In this document: piece after piece, positions 39,346 through 49,936 of the stretch | How positions within the stretch are numbered: position 1 is the first letter of the stretch | Layout of the letters: every line of letters starts with the position of its first letter | NCBI GenBank assembly: GCA_035504095.1 | Contig: DATJSN010000092.1 | Span: 68,845 to 132,844 of the forward strand | Direction: 5' to 3' | DNA: 64,000 bases | Origin: Phycisphaerae bacterium | Lineage (GTDB): Bacteria; Planctomycetota; Phycisphaerae; WQYP01 | Notes under the pieces: model-generated | The model's input: only the letters and a program-made list of their open reading frames with translations | Told to the model about the DNA's origin: nothing | The model's database searches: none | Translations under genes and position numbers: made by a program

Positions 39346-40797
39346 TCATCTTCGAACAACCAAACGATGTCCTTTTAGTGTGACTCCGCGTTGGAGCAAG
39401 ACTTTTTCCCAACCGTTGCGCGTTCCAATTGTTGCGGTATCATCAAAAAGTCTATGCCTTTCTTCTTGTTTGGTAAGATGCTCAAAGCGTTCTCTGCGTG
39501 GATCATCAGGCCCTAGGAATGTTTCCTTGCGATGCAATATGGGTGGGTTTGTTGAGTCCCGGAAGTTCAAGTGCTTTACATCCCCGTTGCTGAGCTTAAG
39601 ACGTAGTGATTCAGCTAGAGCAGGATGAGGATCGGTATTAAACTCTGGATACAGCAGATACGACACTTTTGGCTCAACCCGATTCAACTTGATCAAATTT
39701 GCGCCCTCAACATGACCCAGATAGCTGCGAGCACACCCCTCATAGACGCGGAGTAGAGCTGGCAGATGGGCCAGCGCATCGACATGCACATAAAGGGCTT
39801 CGCCCGTAAGCTTTCCGACCGGTGAATGCTCCATCGAATGATTGAGTTCCGCCATGTTTCCGGTGCGGAAAAGCAGTTTATCACCCTCAACGCAGGCCTT
39901 ATTGTACGTGGAGAAGAATTCTCGCACATCCAATTGCTGGTCCGCCGGTAGCTCGGAGAACCGTGGGCGACCACCAAAGCGGTCCAATGCAAAGTGGATT
40001 AGCAACTCTTCTCGCCGTTCCTGCTGTAACTGCTCCCAACGCTCTGCCCCAGTGACGCGCCGAACAACCGCGAATGCTTTCGGCACACTGCCGAAGATTT
40101 CAGCAAGTTGACCATGAACGGGGAATTCTTCAGGTGCAGGCAGCCGTCCGCGATCAGCCACAAATTCCATCAATGGCATGAGCAGATTCTCATGCTGTTG
40201 GAACAGAATGTCGCTCATCCGTGGAACAGGCACCGCCCGATGTCGCCTATACCTAGCTTCTAGGAACCGCTGGCGCAATTCTTCATCGCGGAAAATAAAG
40301 AAAATTCCTGGCGCAGCAGCCAAGGCACGTTGCACCAAGACCTGCTCCAACCAGTCCCGTAGCTCAAGTTGGTTGAAGAATTTCTGAAAAGTTCCGCGAC
40401 CGGTTAGACACCCATCGGCATATGACTCGAACCTCGCCTCCTTGGCCTCGTATACGAGCCGAGCTGAAACAATCAACAGTTTCTTGGCCAAGTCCCATGC
40501 TGATCGCACGACATTGGCCCGTTCTTCTACATTTTCGATAACATTGACTACATAACCCAAGTTCACTACGTCCGCAGATATTCGGGGTGCCTGGGGTTGA
40601 TGGACGGGGTCCCAGCCCGCCGCTTGAAATCCAGAGTCCGCAAGGTTACGCAAATCGTCGCCGCGCCCGCAACCATAGTCGAAAACGGTCGTTTCAAAAT
40701 GGATTAAATGCGACTCCAGGGCCGCACGGAAGGGCTTTGATAGTCCGGCGCGTCCGATAGCCGTTTTGTGACGATGAATTTGAGGCACGTTCGACAT
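39346..40797 (-). CDS. DNA phosphorothioation-associated putative SAM-dependent methyltransferase
   Basis: VFDYGCGRGDD motif I. ATG at 40797 preferred, since the longer ORF to 41004 would overlap divergent dndA. Confidence 0.55.
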   Translation of the reverse strand: MSNVPQIHRHKTAIGRAGLSKPFRAALESHLIHFETTVFDYGCGRGDDLRNLADSGFQAAGWDPVHQPQAPRISADVVNLGYVVNVIENVEERANVVRSAWDLAKKLLIVSARLVYEAKEARFESYADGCLTGRGTFQKFFNQLELRDWLEQVLVQRALAAAPGIFFIFRDEELRQRFLEARYRRHRAVPVPRMSDILFQQHENLLMPLMEFVADRGRLPAPEEFPVHGQLAEIFGSVPKAFAVVRRVTGAERWEQLQQERREELLIHFALDRFGGRPRFSELPADQQLDVREFFSTYNKACVEGDKLLFRTGNMAELNHSMEHSPVGKLTGEALYVHVDALAHLPALLRVYEGCARSYLGHVEGANLIKLNRVEPKVSYLLYPEFNTDPHPALAESLRLKLSNGDVKHLNFRDSTNPPILHRKETFLGPDDPRRERFEHLTKQEERHRLFDDTATIGTRNGWEKVLLQRGVTLKGHRLVVRR

Positions 40798-40910
40798 GTT
40801 ACATTCGAATTTCCAAAACAAAGCCGACGGTCCATGTTTCGAGCAAGCGCAAGGCTGCATTGCAACAGCCTGCCATTGGCTCAGACAACAGTATGTCATA
40901 GGATGTCGGC

Positions 40911-42041
40911 ATGATCTATCTCGATCACAATTCAACAACACCAGTGCTGCCGGAAGTATTGGAGACGATGCTGCCTTATTTCGGCACAGAATGGGGGAAT
41001 CCATCGAGTACTTATCGTTTTGGTGCGAAATTGAAGGGTATGATTGAAGCTGCTCGTGGTGAGGTCGCCGAACTTATCGGAGCACATTCCCGCGAAATAT
41101 TATTTACTTCCTGCGCTACGGAGAGCAATAATACGGCGATTCATGCGGCATTGAAAGCCAATCCTGGCAAGCGGCACATTGTTACATCATCGGTGGAACA
41201 TTCGTCAGTTTTGAATTACTGCATGGCGTTAGAAAAAGAAGGCTTTCGTATAACTTATTTGCCGGTAGATCGAGATGGTCTTCTAAGACTAGCGGACCTA
41301 GAAAATGCAATTACAGTTGATACCGCCATCGTATCTTTAATGTGGGCAAATAATGAGACGGGGGTGCTGTTTCCTGTAAAAGAGATTGCGGAACTATGCC
41401 GGTCCCGAGGGGTTTTGTTCCATTGCGATGCAGTGCAAGCGGCTGGGAAGATTGAAATTGATGTGAAAAAAGTACCAGCAGATTACCTATCGCTAACTGG
41501 CCATAAGTTTCATACACCAAAAGGCATCGGAGCCTTGTTCGTGCGCCGGAAATCTCCATTTACACCATTGATATTTGGCGGGCATCAAGAACGTAGTATG
41601 CGCGGTGGAACTGAGAGCGTGCCGCTAATCGTCGGCATAGGCAAAGCTGCGGAATTAGCGAAGAAACACCTGTCCGACTACAACAAAAAGGTCCGCCCCT
41701 TACGTGATACACTAGAAAAGGGCATTTTGAACTCAATTCCGAACGCAGAGTTAAACGGCCATAAAACGCAACGACTGGTTAATACCACAAACATTACTTT
41801 TCACGGAATTGAATCTGAAGCAATGCTTATACTTCTCGACAAAGAAAGTATTTGTGCTTCGTCCGGTTCGGCTTGTTTGGCGGATTCAGATGAGCCGTCA
41901 CACGTAGTTCGGGCCATGAAGCCCAATTCAACGGCGTCGCGGCAGATGATACGTTTTTCTCTGGACATTGCGAATAATTCTGCCGACATCAAGACGACAT
42001 TGACGGTTTGTCAGCAAGTGGTCGCAATGCTCCGCAGTTAG
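40911..42041 (+). CDS. dndA: cysteine desulfurase (NifS/IscS class; DndA role)
   Basis: PLP-fold desulfurase: TSCATESNN, HK (SLTGHKFH), C-terminal SGSAC active-site Cys loop. Confidence 0.8.
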   Translation: MIYLDHNSTTPVLPEVLETMLPYFGTEWGNPSSTYRFGAKLKGMIEAARGEVAELIGAHSREILFTSCATESNNTAIHAALKANPGKRHIVTSSVEHSSVLNYCMALEKEGFRITYLPVDRDGLLRLADLENAITVDTAIVSLMWANNETGVLFPVKEIAELCRSRGVLFHCDAVQAAGKIEIDVKKVPADYLSLTGHKFHTPKGIGALFVRRKSPFTPLIFGGHQERSMRGGTESVPLIVGIGKAAELAKKHLSDYNKKVRPLRDTLEKGILNSIPNAELNGHKTQRLVNTTNITFHGIESEAMLILLDKESICASSGSACLADSDEPSHVVRAMKPNSTASRQMIRFSLDIANNSADIKTTLTVCQQVVAMLRS

Positions 42042-43273
42042 CGACGTTTAATCCTTGCATGTGCGTCTCCGAGTACCCTCCGGTACTCTTCTACGACATT
42101 GTAATTTGTCGGCGCTGGGTCTTGGTTGGCCATGTAGAGAAGTAAATTCAACGCAAGTTTCTTATACTTCACGATCATAGTCTTTGTGGCAGCATTCCAG
42201 AGCACACCCACCAATGGATTTGACGAAAGATTTAACTGTACCTTCGCTAACTTCATTACGGCGGAATCAACGGATGTTCCCCTATCAATCATCACTCTAA
42301 CTGCCCGTGTGAAGGCCTGTAAGCCAGCGGGTCTAAAAAGCAAATGTCCTCCATTTTCTGTCCTATATCTTCCGGCGAGCGCTGCTCTTGGTGGTGAAGA
42401 CATAACCTTCGCTAGAGGAGGGATGTTCTGCTTGAGTGCGTTCCAATAGGAGATTACAAAATCATTAATTTCTTCGACACGCTGCCAATTAGGCGGGCCC
42501 ACCTCCAGCACCTTTCGTTCACGACTTCCGGTAGCAATACTTATAGTTCGAACCAATTCATAAAGTGCTATTACTGTAGTAACACTAGTCAGATTTCCTG
42601 GCGGAATATTCGCAGTTGGAGAGAGTGGTACAAATTCACCGTTCAGTCCTTGGTATGTGTCAATTAGCCGACGAGTCACGATTGCAAATGCATCATCGTC
42701 GTTGAGGGCGATTAGCTCGGCAGGAGACACAGGCTTTGCGTATTTATTGAGAGTTGTGAACAATCGGCGTGTTCTCTCTCTTCCTTCGTCGGTTCGCTTA
42801 TGTGATACGAAAATGACGACTAATTCATCTTCTTTCAGCTCTACATTACGCTTCAGTGCTTCTTTGATTCCATCAACACGGTGCTGTCCATCGACTGCGA
42901 ATATCTCTTCATTTCCTGACAGATGAAGAAAACCAAAAGTGTTTGCCTGACGTTCATCAAGCTTGATATCCTTTAGCGTCTTACTACTACCGACCTCAAC
43001 TGGAAACCATTCAGGTTCTCCACCATAGATGCCAACAACCACAGCATTAAAAAAGTGTTGTTTTTGTTTAATGAGATAGGTTGCGATTTCCTCTTTCCTT
43101 TCAGGGCGCAAAACTCGTTGAATCCAAGTCTTTAATTCCTTCCTCTCATGTATTTCATCGACTTGTCTGATCCATTTTGCGACTTCGGCGAAGGTCAGAG
43201 TAGTGACATAGAACCATCGATCTCCCATCCGGGAACGAAGTGCGGGAAACAGATTTGAAGGTTGTTCATTCAT
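42038..43273 (-). CDS. dndB: DGQHR-domain protein (DndB-like)
   Basis: Exact DGQHR motif (FAVDGQHRVDGIKEA). Confidence 0.6.
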   Translation of the reverse strand: MNEQPSNLFPALRSRMGDRWFYVTTLTFAEVAKWIRQVDEIHERKELKTWIQRVLRPERKEEIATYLIKQKQHFFNAVVVGIYGGEPEWFPVEVGSSKTLKDIKLDERQANTFGFLHLSGNEEIFAVDGQHRVDGIKEALKRNVELKEDELVVIFVSHKRTDEGRERTRRLFTTLNKYAKPVSPAELIALNDDDAFAIVTRRLIDTYQGLNGEFVPLSPTANIPPGNLTSVTTVIALYELVRTISIATGSRERKVLEVGPPNWQRVEEINDFVISYWNALKQNIPPLAKVMSSPPRAALAGRYRTENGGHLLFRPAGLQAFTRAVRVMIDRGTSVDSAVMKLAKVQLNLSSNPLVGVLWNAATKTMIVKYKKLALNLLLYMANQDPAPTNYNVVEEYRRVLGDAHARIKRR

Positions 43274-43276
43274 GGA

Positions 43277-43783
43277 TCAATGCGAAAATATTTTGGCTAA
43301 AGCATGACGAACCGAAGCTGGAAATTTGTGATTAGAAGGTGGTAAATATGCTGCGAGCAAGGCATTTTCCACTTTTTTTATGTCTTTTCTTTTGTGTATT
43401 ACAGCATAGTAAAACCATAAATAGCCATCCCATTTGTCCAGCATCTCAACCACATGCAGCCGTCGAGACAAGTCGCCTCTTTTTTTATCACTTAAATACT
43501 GAGAAAACCGATCACGAAGCATTTGCCTCTCCGTCATACCGACGTACATAAGATAAGAACAACTAGGGTGGCGGGCGATTCCCGGCTTTATTATAAACGT
43601 ATAAACACCTCCCGCATTGTTGGGCACGTAATTACTCTTCGTAGATTCAAACTTAACATAATGCCACTTCAGTTTTGATCGCAACTTGTAACTGCACCAA
43701 TGTGAAGGAGAAAGCACCATCCTTGTCAATTTATAATCATTGAGTTTGTACTTAGAGGTTTGTCTGCTAAAAATATCGTCCAT
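43277..43783 (-). CDS. small GIY-YIG-like putative nuclease
   Basis: GVYTF...YVGMT...R...E...N spacing resembles GIY-YIG. Confidence 0.3.
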   Translation of the reverse strand: MDDIFSRQTSKYKLNDYKLTRMVLSPSHWCSYKLRSKLKWHYVKFESTKSNYVPNNAGGVYTFIIKPGIARHPSCSYLMYVGMTERQMLRDRFSQYLSDKKRGDLSRRLHVVEMLDKWDGYLWFYYAVIHKRKDIKKVENALLAAYLPPSNHKFPASVRHALAKIFSH

Positions 43784-43789
43784 GCAAAT

Positions 43790-45277
43790 TTATTTTCCTT
43801 CATCTTTCCAAAACTGCCTAGCCATGCCGGTGGTTTGCAACTTCCCACGATTACAAAGCGCTGCTTCGGCCTTTAAAAATTTCTGATGAATGACGCTCCC
43901 GAGAACATTTTTTTGATCCGCGACACTCAGTGTCTGTGGGGAAAAGTGCACGCCGCACTCGGCGAGTTGGGCGAAATTGGTTTCATTCGTACCCGTGGTC
44001 AAAAACTTGTCGGCATCTTGAGACGCGAGCCAGACGGGAAAACCCCATGATCTTCCCTGCCGGGCGAGCGAACTTAATAAGCCAGCTTTATTTTCCTTTG
44101 GCAAGAGCAAATGGGCTTCGTCCACGAACAACACCATTTTGATCGGTTGTACGTCATTTTTGACAGCTACTTGTTGGCTCAATTTTTTAATGAGGAAGTT
44201 TAGGATGAGCGCAACGGCAAGCGCTTTGCCATCGCTGTCTGTGTTAAATTCCTTAAAGTCAATCACCATGGAACTATTCAGCCACTCTTCTGGAGGAATT
44301 GCAGTATGGGCACTGGCAAAAAGATTATAACGCTCAATTTTTTGCACGATGGACAAATCAACTCCGTTTGCGCCGCTGTTTTCCAATTCCCGAACCAAGG
44401 AGGTAATGTCAGGAGAGGCAAGCCGTCGGTAGCAATCGCAAATATTCCGTTCCTGTTTTGCCCCCATTTGTGGCGCAAAGCAACGAATCAAACCAGCTAT
44501 CTCGTAGGCAATTTGATCGTTCTTCGTTGGATTTGGGTGCCGGTAAAGCGGATTGATTGGCAAATCTTGCTGGATAAGACGGACATAGCGTGCACTAGTC
44601 TGTTCCAAAAATTTGGTACGGTTCTTGCGTTGCTGCGGGCTGCGAGGATCGTCTTCTAGTTCACCTTTCATGTCAAAAAAAACAAAACGGACGCCAGTAT
44701 TGCTGAGTTGCGCCAAGAGATCGAGTGCAAGCTGGCTTTTTCCACTACCAGGTTGCCCAGAAATAACTAACAGTCCATTGTTAGTTCCGGGACCGTTTAA
44801 CGACCATTCGGGCGCGTCCGTCAGAACCTTGAGTTTTATTTCCTTTTCGACTAATTGCATGGGAGCCACGGCCTGTCTCAGCATGTAAGGAAGGTCAAGA
44901 TCGCCTCCTATAGATTTCAACAGGGAGGTAACAAAACGCGCTTGGTCGTTGCCTGACTCTACCCATATCTGCCGTAATCGCTGACACCCAAACTCAAAAT
45001 GTCGGCGAAATTCCTGACGGTAGCCCCCTTCATCGAGAGTTTGTCCGGCACGGTGATTCAAGGCTGTTCGCACCAAATCTCTCAACTCATCGCCGACAAC
45101 CTGCTCGTCATTCAACGTCACCCCTTTGGCGTCTTTGGGTTTAAATTCGGCGGGTATACCTTCACCCAACGCCAAGAAAAGTGCCGCACGTCCTAGAATT
45201 GCCTGATTCCTTGCGCCTACACGCGCAAAGACATTTTCGATGAATTCGTGCGCTTCGCTGCTTGTATCAAATTTCAA
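43790..45277 (-). CDS. HerA/FtsK-like (DUF87-type) P-loop ATPase
   Basis: Walker A ISGQPGSGKSQ; Walker B VLFVDEAHLL. Confidence 0.5.
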   Translation of the reverse strand: MKFDTSSEAHEFIENVFARVGARNQAILGRAALFLALGEGIPAEFKPKDAKGVTLNDEQVVGDELRDLVRTALNHRAGQTLDEGGYRQEFRRHFEFGCQRLRQIWVESGNDQARFVTSLLKSIGGDLDLPYMLRQAVAPMQLVEKEIKLKVLTDAPEWSLNGPGTNNGLLVISGQPGSGKSQLALDLLAQLSNTGVRFVFFDMKGELEDDPRSPQQRKNRTKFLEQTSARYVRLIQQDLPINPLYRHPNPTKNDQIAYEIAGLIRCFAPQMGAKQERNICDCYRRLASPDITSLVRELENSGANGVDLSIVQKIERYNLFASAHTAIPPEEWLNSSMVIDFKEFNTDSDGKALAVALILNFLIKKLSQQVAVKNDVQPIKMVLFVDEAHLLLPKENKAGLLSSLARQGRSWGFPVWLASQDADKFLTTGTNETNFAQLAECGVHFSPQTLSVADQKNVLGSVIHQKFLKAEAALCNRGKLQTTGMARQFWKDEGK

Positions 45278-45292
45278 GCTGGTTTCTCCAAC

Positions 45293-47362
45293 TCAAACAA
45301 CATGTCCAAAGTAGTCATTTGTGACGCGAACCTCATAATTATGACCATCGGTTCGTCCATGCGGATGCAGCGTATATACACGCGCGAGTCGATTACGAAT
45401 TTTATCAAACAAAGGGCCATCTGGATCAATTTCAGCATTGGTGCTAAGGATAATGGATTGGTGGCCGCTAAGGTATAGTTGGTCAAGCACGTTGGCACGC
45501 ACTTCTTTATCGAGCCGCGCTAAAGGCGTATCCACAACCAATGGCGGAACGAGCTTGGCGAGACGCCGAAGGGCTTCATAAAAAGCCAACATTCGCACCT
45601 GCCGCTGCCCGGCAGACGTATTGGTTTCTTCCCATGTCACCTTTTTGCCGCCACGCCGTACAAGCCAGCATTGCCAATTACTATCAAATTCCATACCCTC
45701 GAACTCGCGTTCCCGTTCTGCGATTTCCACCCATAACTTGCCAACTTCTTCTGAAATCTGCCGGCGCATTTGAATAGCAGCACGACTACGAATCTCGCCA
45801 GCGGCTTCGCGATAGCGTGTTGATAAAGCAGCCAGGCTTTCACCACGTTCAGCACGTTCGGCAATTTCCCTTTGCGTGGTTTCCTGACGTTTAAGATCAA
45901 CTAATTCAACCCCCATCCGAGTGATTTCAGCATCAATGTCCTTTAGCCGGTTGCTAATTTGATCGCGGCAAGTATTGAGACCGCCCCGTTTTTCATGGAG
46001 TTCTACGCCACGCTTATATGCTGCTGTATTTTGTTGCATCTGTTTCAGCTTTTGATCAATCTGCCGCAACTCCACGGTCATTTTTTCGATGTTGACGCAC
46101 ATTTCAGCTAAATCACGAAGATCACTTTGGTTTGTGGCCAGCCGTGCGCGCACTTGAGCACTCGTGTCGTTACGATCCGCTAGATAAATCCGATCCGGGA
46201 TACCTTGGGGAGGCGGATGAAACAGCCGATGGAGCGCGTCCTCAAGCCGCTTCATGTAAAAAGACTCAATATCTGGCTGAATCGCAAATTCCTTTGGCAC
46301 ATTGCCGAACACATCCTGTTTTACCTGCGGAATTTTCGGCTCGACGCTGGATTTAGCGCTTTCCCATTCACGACGGCGCTCTTCTGCAAGCAGAGTATCG
46401 TGCAATTCTTTCCGATAAATTCCCAGCAAAGAAACCGGCAAGGTCAATTCCCAAGCTTCTGTGAGTTTATCTTCAAGTTTTGTCTTGGCTTCTGTGAGTT
46501 CTGTCCGACGTTCTTGAGCTTTTTGTAACTCGTCAGGATCAACTGCACCGAGGGTCTTCAAATCGTCTTCGACTTCCAATAATTCCGCCTCGATTTCATG
46601 CAAATCGCGCTTAAGCGCATCAAGCTCTTTTCGTCTTGCCTTCAGGACACCTTCGACGGTTATGACTTTGCCATTCAATTCGGCCAGTAACGTTTCGGGG
46701 TCTGTGCCGCCAGAAGCATTGTAAACACGAGGAATTTTTGAACTGATCAATTGGCGGAGATCACTTTCCAACTCGGAGTATGTCCAAAGACCGAGAATTC
46801 GACTCACGCCTTCAACAATGTCTTGTTGTCCCAGATTGATGCTCTGACTGCGTTCAGCATCAAAGAAAAAGAAACGGGCGAGATGCCGTGGCAGAAAAGC
46901 GTCACGTAGTTTATGAATTACCTGTTCATCTTCGATTCGACCTGCTGTGTCGGAACGTGTGGCATAATGTTCCCAGATAGGTGATGAGTTAAGACGAAAC
47001 CGAACTTCACGAAGCAGATCAATTTTTCGACTACCAATTTTATCATCACGAAGATGAACAACGGCTTTCAAACGCATCGTGTCCTGACCCTCAGCCAAAG
47101 CGCGTCGATTCAAAGATTTTTCAAAAGCAAATCGGGTTGCATCGGAGCCAGTCTCCACTTTTTTCAAATCTCCAACCCCGCTTTCACCAACGACCGCCAG
47201 ATACAAAGCGCGAAGCAAGTGCGTCTTTCCGGCACCATTCTTTCCTCCTATAAGAATGCCACATTTGCCTTCTAAACTGCGGAAGTCAATTTTGTGCTCG
47301 CCATAGAATGGCCCAAAGTTCTCCAGCGTTAATGAGTCAATATAGACTTCGGACATAATCAA
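45293..47362 (-). CDS. dndD: DNA sulfur modification protein DndD (SMC/ABC-like ATPase)
   Basis: N-terminal P-loop GGKNGAGKTHLL, long coiled coil, C-terminal signature/D-loop region; 689 aa. Confidence 0.7.
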   Translation of the reverse strand: MIMSEVYIDSLTLENFGPFYGEHKIDFRSLEGKCGILIGGKNGAGKTHLLRALYLAVVGESGVGDLKKVETGSDATRFAFEKSLNRRALAEGQDTMRLKAVVHLRDDKIGSRKIDLLREVRFRLNSSPIWEHYATRSDTAGRIEDEQVIHKLRDAFLPRHLARFFFFDAERSQSINLGQQDIVEGVSRILGLWTYSELESDLRQLISSKIPRVYNASGGTDPETLLAELNGKVITVEGVLKARRKELDALKRDLHEIEAELLEVEDDLKTLGAVDPDELQKAQERRTELTEAKTKLEDKLTEAWELTLPVSLLGIYRKELHDTLLAEERRREWESAKSSVEPKIPQVKQDVFGNVPKEFAIQPDIESFYMKRLEDALHRLFHPPPQGIPDRIYLADRNDTSAQVRARLATNQSDLRDLAEMCVNIEKMTVELRQIDQKLKQMQQNTAAYKRGVELHEKRGGLNTCRDQISNRLKDIDAEITRMGVELVDLKRQETTQREIAERAERGESLAALSTRYREAAGEIRSRAAIQMRRQISEEVGKLWVEIAEREREFEGMEFDSNWQCWLVRRGGKKVTWEETNTSAGQRQVRMLAFYEALRRLAKLVPPLVVDTPLARLDKEVRANVLDQLYLSGHQSIILSTNAEIDPDGPLFDKIRNRLARVYTLHPHGRTDGHNYEVRVTNDYFGHVV

Positions 47363-48654
47363 CCCTTTTTCTCTGCTGATTGCTCTGCCAAGTCATCTTT
47401 CAAAATATTGAGCAAATCGTCCGGCAAGCCGTATGCACGATGGCTTTCACTGTATTCCTCTACTTTGGCAAGCATACGACGGAGAATATCGGGGTTGATT
47501 TTCTTTTCACTGGCAACTTGTTCCTCCAGTTGGCGTAGACGGTTCAGTTCTCGCAAATCGGTATTCATGATGACACCTCGTTGTTTGTTGATGATTCGGG
47601 CAACACCCCGACCATCGTCGGGGTCACGTGCTGCTTTCCACATTTGCTGAATCAAAAGTAGCTCTTCTGGCGTGATGAGCGGCAACCCAGTTTCTTCCTG
47701 TAGCTGGAGAAGGCGCTTCAAGAGTTCGCGGCGACCTTCAATTCGTAATGGTCCAGGTCCATCATTGCCGTTCATGCGGCGGCTGTCACGCCAACCATTT
47801 GCAGGATCACGGAATTGTATAAGTGTTTCACGGAAGGCTATCAGATGTTCCATTCGTTCATCACCAGCGGCAAGCAATCCTTCGCTTGCCTTGTCACGAT
47901 CTACAACGGTGCATGTCCAACATCCAAAACGCGAATTGCCGCAAGAGGGAGTGCTGGTATCAATCTGGATAGGGCACTCGCCGTTGGAAGCATTGGCGTA
48001 TAGTCTATACAAGGAGCGATTATCACTACCCCAAGGATTGTTTTTTTGAAGCAGATATGCCCAGACTTCCTCAGTAGAGAGGAATTCGATTGGATTGTTA
48101 ACCCACACGAGCGGCAAGTCAGGATGACGACGCAAGCCATTACGAGTTATCTGGCCAGCCATTGTCTGTGCCCGTGTGGCGCTTTCAGCACGTCTTGCAC
48201 CCAAATGTAAAATGGCTTCGCCCCAGTGACCAATACGCTGGTTTACGAATGTCGTGACTGGATCAATTTTCATACGCTGAGTACACCAGCGGAATGTACG
48301 ATTTGGTGGTGGATAGCCGCGACCAATAATATTGACCCAAAAGGATTGTTCCGGAGGCGGCTTTAGCAACTGAGTTTCAATGTTAAGATTATTTTGCCGA
48401 GAGCAGCGCCGCATTCGCTCAAGATTCCCTTCAATCCCCTCTGAAACTGCCGGTATCTCGACACGAGTATCAGTGCAAAGGATCGCAATGGGCTTTTTCC
48501 GCTGGTCAACCGGTAGGGACAGGACAGTGTCAAAAACGAGTGACGCGACCATCGTGCTGTCTTTACCCCCGCTGAATCCAACAAGCCAAGGACGTTCATC
48601 TTCGACGTAGAGTCGCAGCATTGCATCTCGTATATCCTGGAACGCCGTGCTCAT
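47359..48654 (-). CDS. dndC: DNA phosphorothioation sulfurtransferase DndC (PAPS reductase/PP-loop family)
   Basis: FSGGKDS PP-loop and C-terminal Cys cluster CGNSRFGCWTC. Confidence 0.8.
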   Translation of the reverse strand: MSTAFQDIRDAMLRLYVEDERPWLVGFSGGKDSTMVASLVFDTVLSLPVDQRKKPIAILCTDTRVEIPAVSEGIEGNLERMRRCSRQNNLNIETQLLKPPPEQSFWVNIIGRGYPPPNRTFRWCTQRMKIDPVTTFVNQRIGHWGEAILHLGARRAESATRAQTMAGQITRNGLRRHPDLPLVWVNNPIEFLSTEEVWAYLLQKNNPWGSDNRSLYRLYANASNGECPIQIDTSTPSCGNSRFGCWTCTVVDRDKASEGLLAAGDERMEHLIAFRETLIQFRDPANGWRDSRRMNGNDGPGPLRIEGRRELLKRLLQLQEETGLPLITPEELLLIQQMWKAARDPDDGRGVARIINKQRGVIMNTDLRELNRLRQLEEQVASEKKINPDILRRMLAKVEEYSESHRAYGLPDDLLNILKDDLAEQSAEKKG

Positions 48655-49280
48655 AATTCCTGTTCTTTCTTTACAAAGTGTTGAAATGCGACCGCGAAGC
48701 CTAGACCCTGCGGAAGCTACGAAAACGGTACTTCACAAATAGGACTATAAGGATAACTTATGGTCCGTTTACTGGCCAATAGGCTCCTAAAAGCAAAAAT
48801 GTCCTCTTCGATTCTGGGCTTAAACAGGGTGAAATTCTTATTTGATGGTTATTTGATGAAAAGGCCGTGAATAGACAGACAATCAGTCGATTGAGCCCAA
48901 AAACCTTGATTTTCAATGGATATTGCAGAAGGGAGAAATGGGTTTTATTTGATTGTCATGTCATATTTTCAATGATTGTCTGGAGCAGGATCATCCGGAA
49001 GCGTTTTTCTATCATGAGTATGGCCAGTGGGGATGTGAAAAATCGTGAGATTTTGATACTAAATCACATAATCCCTTGCAGGTACCTGGCTTAAGATACA
49101 CAAACCAGTCTCAATCCCCGTGAGACACGTTGCACCAGACGAGTCGGGACGACATTCACTCTGAATAGGTTGATCCGGACGATGTAATAGTTCCAGGCAG
49201 GGTTTGAAGTCAATGTTGAGGGCGGAATTAAGCCAGGCCGTTGTCATGCCTGTCAGTCAAGTTTTAATTTCAGCCGGGCA

Positions 49281-49329
49281 AATTAAAGGATTACGCCTTT
49301 TCCTTTAATTGTGAAGCCTTTAATTAAAG
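49281..49329. promoter_or_regulatory. cluster of CCTTTAATT iterons/palindromes (AATTAAAGG ... TCCTTTAATT ... CCTTTAATTAAAG) in an AT-rich intergenic region upstream of alpA-primase
   Basis: Read directly from the sequence. Confidence 0.35.
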
Positions 49330-49692
49330 TTCCCTTCATTGAGAAAATTGGGTCAGCTTTATCAACAGAATCGGCGGCTGGCGTGGTGCTAATAAGAGGA
49401 AATGAATTAATTGTGAGGCTTGAAAGTGTATATAAAACGCTTGTTTTCCCGTCTAAAACCGCTCGTTTTACTTCTCACGATAGAATTTATTTACTATTTT
49501 AGACCCATAATATCGCTATTATTATTAAAATATATCATATTTTGTTCATAATAACGATGTTTTGATCGTAATAAGTTCTAAAAACACAAAATTTCATCGC
49601 ATCTAACCTGCGTGGTTTCCCTATTCATAGATAAAGCACGCCGTGGCAACGCAAGTGCGTTGTGCAGTGCCAATTGGTAACAGGAGTTTTTT

Positions 49693-49881
49693 ATGTTACG
49701 TCAGGATCGAAACGAAACGCTTCTAACCAAAGTTGAAGTCTGTCAGCGGCTTAAATTTTCCTCGCGCAAGCTAAATCGGCTTGTTGCAGCCCGTCAGATT
49801 CCAGCCCTACGGGCCGGGCGGCATCTTCGGTTCCGCGCAAGCGACATTGATCGCTACATCGACACCCTTCCGGCGGCGTGA
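49693..49881 (+). CDS. AlpA-family transcriptional regulator/excisionase
   Basis: KVEVCQRLKFSSRKLNRLVAARQIPALRAGRHLRF. Confidence 0.55.
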   Translation: MLRQDRNETLLTKVEVCQRLKFSSRKLNRLVAARQIPALRAGRHLRFRASDIDRYIDTLPAA

Positions 49882-49936
49882 CATACGAGCTAGTTGAAAA
49901 TGGTTAAGACAGACGCGAGTAGAAAGAAGTATTTAC

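Noticed and set aside
40798-41004. N-terminal 69-aa extension of the methyltransferase ORF
   Set aside because: It would overlap the divergent dndA start. The internal ATG at 40797 (MSNVPQ...) leaves a sensible 113-bp divergent promoter region.
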